A stretch of DNA of 64,000 nt from an uncultured Gammaproteobacteria bacterium (GTDB lineage Bacteria > Patescibacteriota > Patescibacteriia > SG8-24), in assembly GCA_964486995.1 (NCBI GenBank), contig CAZAOV010000006.1:166-64165 (forward strand), written 5' to 3'. Shown here one piece after another: positions 63,072 to 64,000 of this stretch. The translations under genes and the position numbers were made by a program. Numbering within the stretch: the stretch's first letter is position 1; each line of letters starts with the position of its first letter. The notes below the pieces were generated by a model. It made no database searches, was not told where the DNA came from, and was given only the letters and a program-made list of their open reading frames with translations.

Positions 63072-63683
63072 TTACCTGAGAGCCACCAACCAGCAGTCCG
63101 ACTCATCACGCAGCGGCCCGATAGGGAAGGCGCGGGGCAGTAGATTAACCCAATCGCCCAGCATGCGCATTTTTCCGCTCGCACCGGCCAGGGAGAAGCC
63201 GACGTAAAGCAGTAATACCAGATGATTTAGGCGACTAGCTTTATTCCAAGCGTTAATGCCCACTTTATTCCAAATCCATTTGCCGATTCCGCCCCATATT
63301 GCGGGCGAGAGCGGTTCCCAAATGTGCTGATCGAATATTAACTGCATGCGGTCGGCGCGGTTATAATGAACGGCGCATCGCATATCTGCAACGCAGTCAG
63401 GTTCGATTATAGTCACTTTGGGTTGTTTGCAGGCCTGTGAAATGGAAATCGTTTGTATTCGATTGACTTTCTCTCTGGTGACTTTTGTGATAACCCGCTG
63501 TGCCTCTTCGCGCAGACGGCGGCTATTTTTGGTCAATTCATAGCGGCCGGTTTGACCCATTAGGATAAACGGACCAAGTTTTCGATAGGTGTGCCGTACT
63601 TCAGAAAGCGTTCCAAAATTGACTGCTTCTTGTTCAAGGAACTCCAAAAGAATATTTGGCTCGGGAACATAATCCAAACCCAT
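63072..63683 (-). CDS. hypothetical protein
   Basis: 203-aa ORF; C-terminal hydrophobic segment; no recognisable family. Confidence 0.45.
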   Translation of the reverse strand: MGLDYVPEPNILLEFLEQEAVNFGTLSEVRHTYRKLGPFILMGQTGRYELTKNSRRLREEAQRVITKVTREKVNRIQTISISQACKQPKVTIIEPDCVADMRCAVHYNRADRMQLIFDQHIWEPLSPAIWGGIGKWIWNKVGINAWNKASRLNHLVLLLYVGFSLAGASGKMRMLGDWVNLLPRAFPIGPLRDESDCWLVALR

Positions 63684-63878
63684 GCCGCACCTCCATTCTT
63701 ACTTATAAACCATAGCATTTAGGGCAAATTTTGAGTGATAGATGTTGTGCATAATTATCTCGACTAAAAAAGCAGCTAAGCCGCCCCTGTTCTTTTGGTG
63801 CAAAGTACTGGCTCACAATAGCAGCTTGCATGACTGATTCTTTTTTATGGGGCTTTACGGCGCTGCCTCGCGTTAGCG

Positions 63879-63907
63879 TTGACTTGGAAGGTTTTTGTCA
63901 GTATAAT
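63879..63907 (+). promoter_or_regulatory. near-consensus sigma-70 promoter reading off the 3' end of the window
   Basis: TTGACT - 17 nt - TATAAT; predicted start near 63914 (GAAGCU...). Downstream 80 nt form stems (GCTCTG/CAGAGC; CTCGC/GCGAG; CCTAGTGG-tccgc-CCACTAGG). Confidence 0.5.
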
Positions 63908-64000
63908 AATGAAGCTCTGCGGGAAACTCGCTCGCGAGATCAGAGCAGACAATTCACCGTAAGATACTATCCCCTAGTGGTCCGCCCACTAGGCGGTTGA

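Noticed and set aside
1-64000. CRISPR arrays, integrases, transposases, reverse transcriptases / DGR template-variable repeat pairs
   Set aside because: No short regularly spaced direct repeats were found. The only repeat family has copies about 13 kb apart. No ORF shows integrase, transposase or RT motifs, so a DGR or classical mobile element cannot be supported.
63914-64000. Calling the 3'-edge transcript an RNase P RNA
   Set aside because: Only the first six nucleotides (GAAGCU) match. The universally conserved GGAAAGUCCGG and P4 elements are not within the 90 nt available. Reported only as a candidate structured RNA.

Overview
This 64 kb window is gene-dense bacterial chromosome, mostly housekeeping genes plus many small hypothetical secreted or membrane proteins. 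Gene content, short genes and frequent 4-bp start/stop overlaps are compatible with a reduced-genome bacterium, possibly CPR/Patescibacteria-like; this is inference only, with no rRNA or marker genes to confirm it.

Confident calls:
- CobO-like adenosyltransferase
- HtrA/DegP protease
- PQQ-dependent sugar dehydrogenase
- ECF sigma factor with a downstream membrane protein
- UppP
- class II HMG-CoA reductase
- RarA
- a PBP transpeptidase and MurF
- polysaccharide deacetylase
- Lon-like protease
- dCMP deaminase
- MscL
- RlmN
- ClpP
- CoaD
- SPFH protein
- a stand-alone receiver domain and a type IV pilin-like protein
- two tandem sigma-70 family factors
- a long co-directional gene string (hydrolases, methyltransferase, MGMT-like, PEBP, ThpR, CaCA antiporter, P-type Ca-type ATPase)
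- GH1 beta-glucosidase
- a beta-CASP MBL ribonuclease

RNA genes: tRNA-Pro(CGG) and two tandem tRNA-Glu genes (TTC and CTC), each with its own near-consensus promoter and terminator.

No CRISPR array, integrase, transposase or reverse transcriptase was seen.

Most notable non-standard observations:
- a family of about 100-bp palindromic intergenic repeats, at least 3 good copies plus 1 degenerate, partly embedded in a larger conserved box
- an 851-aa protein with a PI3K/PI4K/HipA-like catalytic motif pair, translationally coupled to a small coiled-coil protein
- a 603-aa secreted zinc metalloprotease full of cysteine-rich repeats next to the tRNA-Glu pair
- a vsr (very-short-patch repair endonuclease) gene split by a single-base frameshift
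- a protein ending in a poly-Gly/Cys tail
- an orphan class II HMG-CoA reductase
- a near-consensus promoter plus structured leader running off the 3' window edge
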